Source: Candidatus Amesbacteria bacterium
GTDB taxonomy: Bacteria; Patescibacteriota; Microgenomatia; CAZETR01; Amesbacteraceae
Length of the DNA: 64,000 nt
Assembly: GCA_963736875.1 (NCBI GenBank)
Contig: CAVTQH010000002.1
Span: 133,294 to 197,293 of the forward strand
Direction of reading: 5' to 3'
Positions 63,057 to 64,000 of the stretch are shown here, in pieces; the stretch's first letter is position 1; every line of letters begins with the position of its first letter. Under the pieces are notes generated by a model. It was given only the letters and a program-made list of their open reading frames with translations, did not search any database and was not told the DNA's origin. The translations under genes were made by a program, and so were the position numbers.

Positions 63057-63848
63057 ATGAAGAAATATCGGGCGCTAATAAAAATGGTTTTTTTAGACCA
63101 GATCGAATATCCCGCCGAAGTCTTTTACCAGTTGTTGCTGGCTTTGGTACCGTTGGGAATAGCTGCTTATTTATGGTTGGCGATATACCGGGAGGGAGGG
63201 ATTGTAGGTAATTTTAATCTTTCTTCGATAATTACCTATTATTTAATAATCACCGTTCTCAATCGAATTCTGGCCCACCCGGCATTTTGGATGGCTGACA
63301 TGGTAGAAAGAGGCGAATTGTCAGCCTTTCTGGTTAAGCCATTCCCTTTTCTGGGGTATGTTTTTATTCATTCTCTTACCAGGCGGGTAGTGAATTTGTT
63401 GATTTCCGTACCGGTATTGATGATTGCGCTTCTTTTACTTCGGCAATATCTGATTTTGCCGTCAGGTTTGGTGACTGTTATCCTCTTCGGGTTTTCGTGT
63501 ATGCTGGCTGTCGCTATCTATTTTTTGTTTGGGTTGCTTATGGGGTTGGTCAGTTTATGGACTTTGGAAATAGGGAGTATTATTTATTTTTATTATGAAG
63601 CGCTTGGTTTCTTGGGCGGAGCGATGCTGCCTCTGAGTTTTTTCCCTCCCTCGGCTTCAAAAATATTGGATTTCCTGCCGTTTAAATATTTATATTATTT
63701 TCCCGCCCAAGTCTATTTAGGTAATATTCCCATGCCCCAGGTTTTCCCCGGTCTGCTAATTGGGATTTTCTGGGTTGTGATACTCTATCTGGCAATAACT
63801 CTGGTATTTAATCGTGGTCTGCGCCGTTACAGTAGTTTCGGGAATTGA
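63057..63848 (+). CDS. ABC-2 family permease
   Basis: V..GELS.FL.KP, GG..LPL.FFP, LPF.Y.YYFP, RRYSSFGN*. Confidence 0.88.
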   Translation: MKKYRALIKMVFLDQIEYPAEVFYQLLLALVPLGIAAYLWLAIYREGGIVGNFNLSSIITYYLIITVLNRILAHPAFWMADMVERGELSAFLVKPFPFLGYVFIHSLTRRVVNLLISVPVLMIALLLLRQYLILPSGLVTVILFGFSCMLAVAIYFLFGLLMGLVSLWTLEIGSIIYFYYEALGFLGGAMLPLSFFPPSASKILDFLPFKYLYYFPAQVYLGNIPMPQVFPGLLIGIFWVVILYLAITLVFNRGLRRYSSFGN

Positions 63849-63849
63849 T

Positions 63850-64000
63850 ATGCTGAATAGATACTGGAGTCTCTACAAAATATTTTTCAAAAACTCGCTT
63901 ATCCGGATGATGGAGAACCGCTTTGACTTTCTTTTCAGAATAATTCCCACCACCCTTACCTTATTATTAAATGTTCTCACTGTAAGTTTCATCTTTTCCA
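63850..64000 (+). CDS. ABC-2 family permease (3'-partial)
   Basis: MLNRYWSLYKIFFKNSL..MMENRFDF resembles the N-terminus of the 62226 paralog. Confidence 0.7.
   Translation, partial: MLNRYWSLYKIFFKNSLIRMMENRFDFLFRIIPTTLTLLLNVLTVSFIFS

Overview
Core-genome window of a Patescibacteria/CPR bacterium, most likely Microgenomates (inferred from no rpmD between rpsE and rplO, a short IF2 and AlaRS, and a degenerate DHH-like gene after infB; TGA is used as a stop). It holds the 3' part of dnaK; a minus-strand fusA-tuf-S10-spc-secY-adk-map-infA-rpmJ-rpsM-rpsK block; dnaJ-like, nusA, infB, rpsO, pnp, an AAA-only Lon, udg, rnj, ftsK, rodZ-like, alaS, an FtsA-like/baseplate-J-like gene, sortase, yqgF and mltG; rpoBC-rpsL-rpsG-rpsD-rpoA-rplQ-rplM-rpsI; tRNA-Pro(GGG); recA-recX-rny-hup; and four ABC-2 permeases. 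The most unusual signal is three AT-rich accessory genes upstream of recA, bounded by copies of a ~30-bp direct-repeat site, which looks like a cassette array. A second insertion between rnj and ftsK has weaker related sites and duplicated rnj 3' sequence. Also notable: many genes with a -10 box directly before the start codon, several candidate leader RNAs, a tRNA with a duplicated 5' end, and about ten single-base frameshifts that are probably assembly errors. No rRNA, CRISPR array, transposase or integrase was recognised. All calls are by eye; no searches were run.
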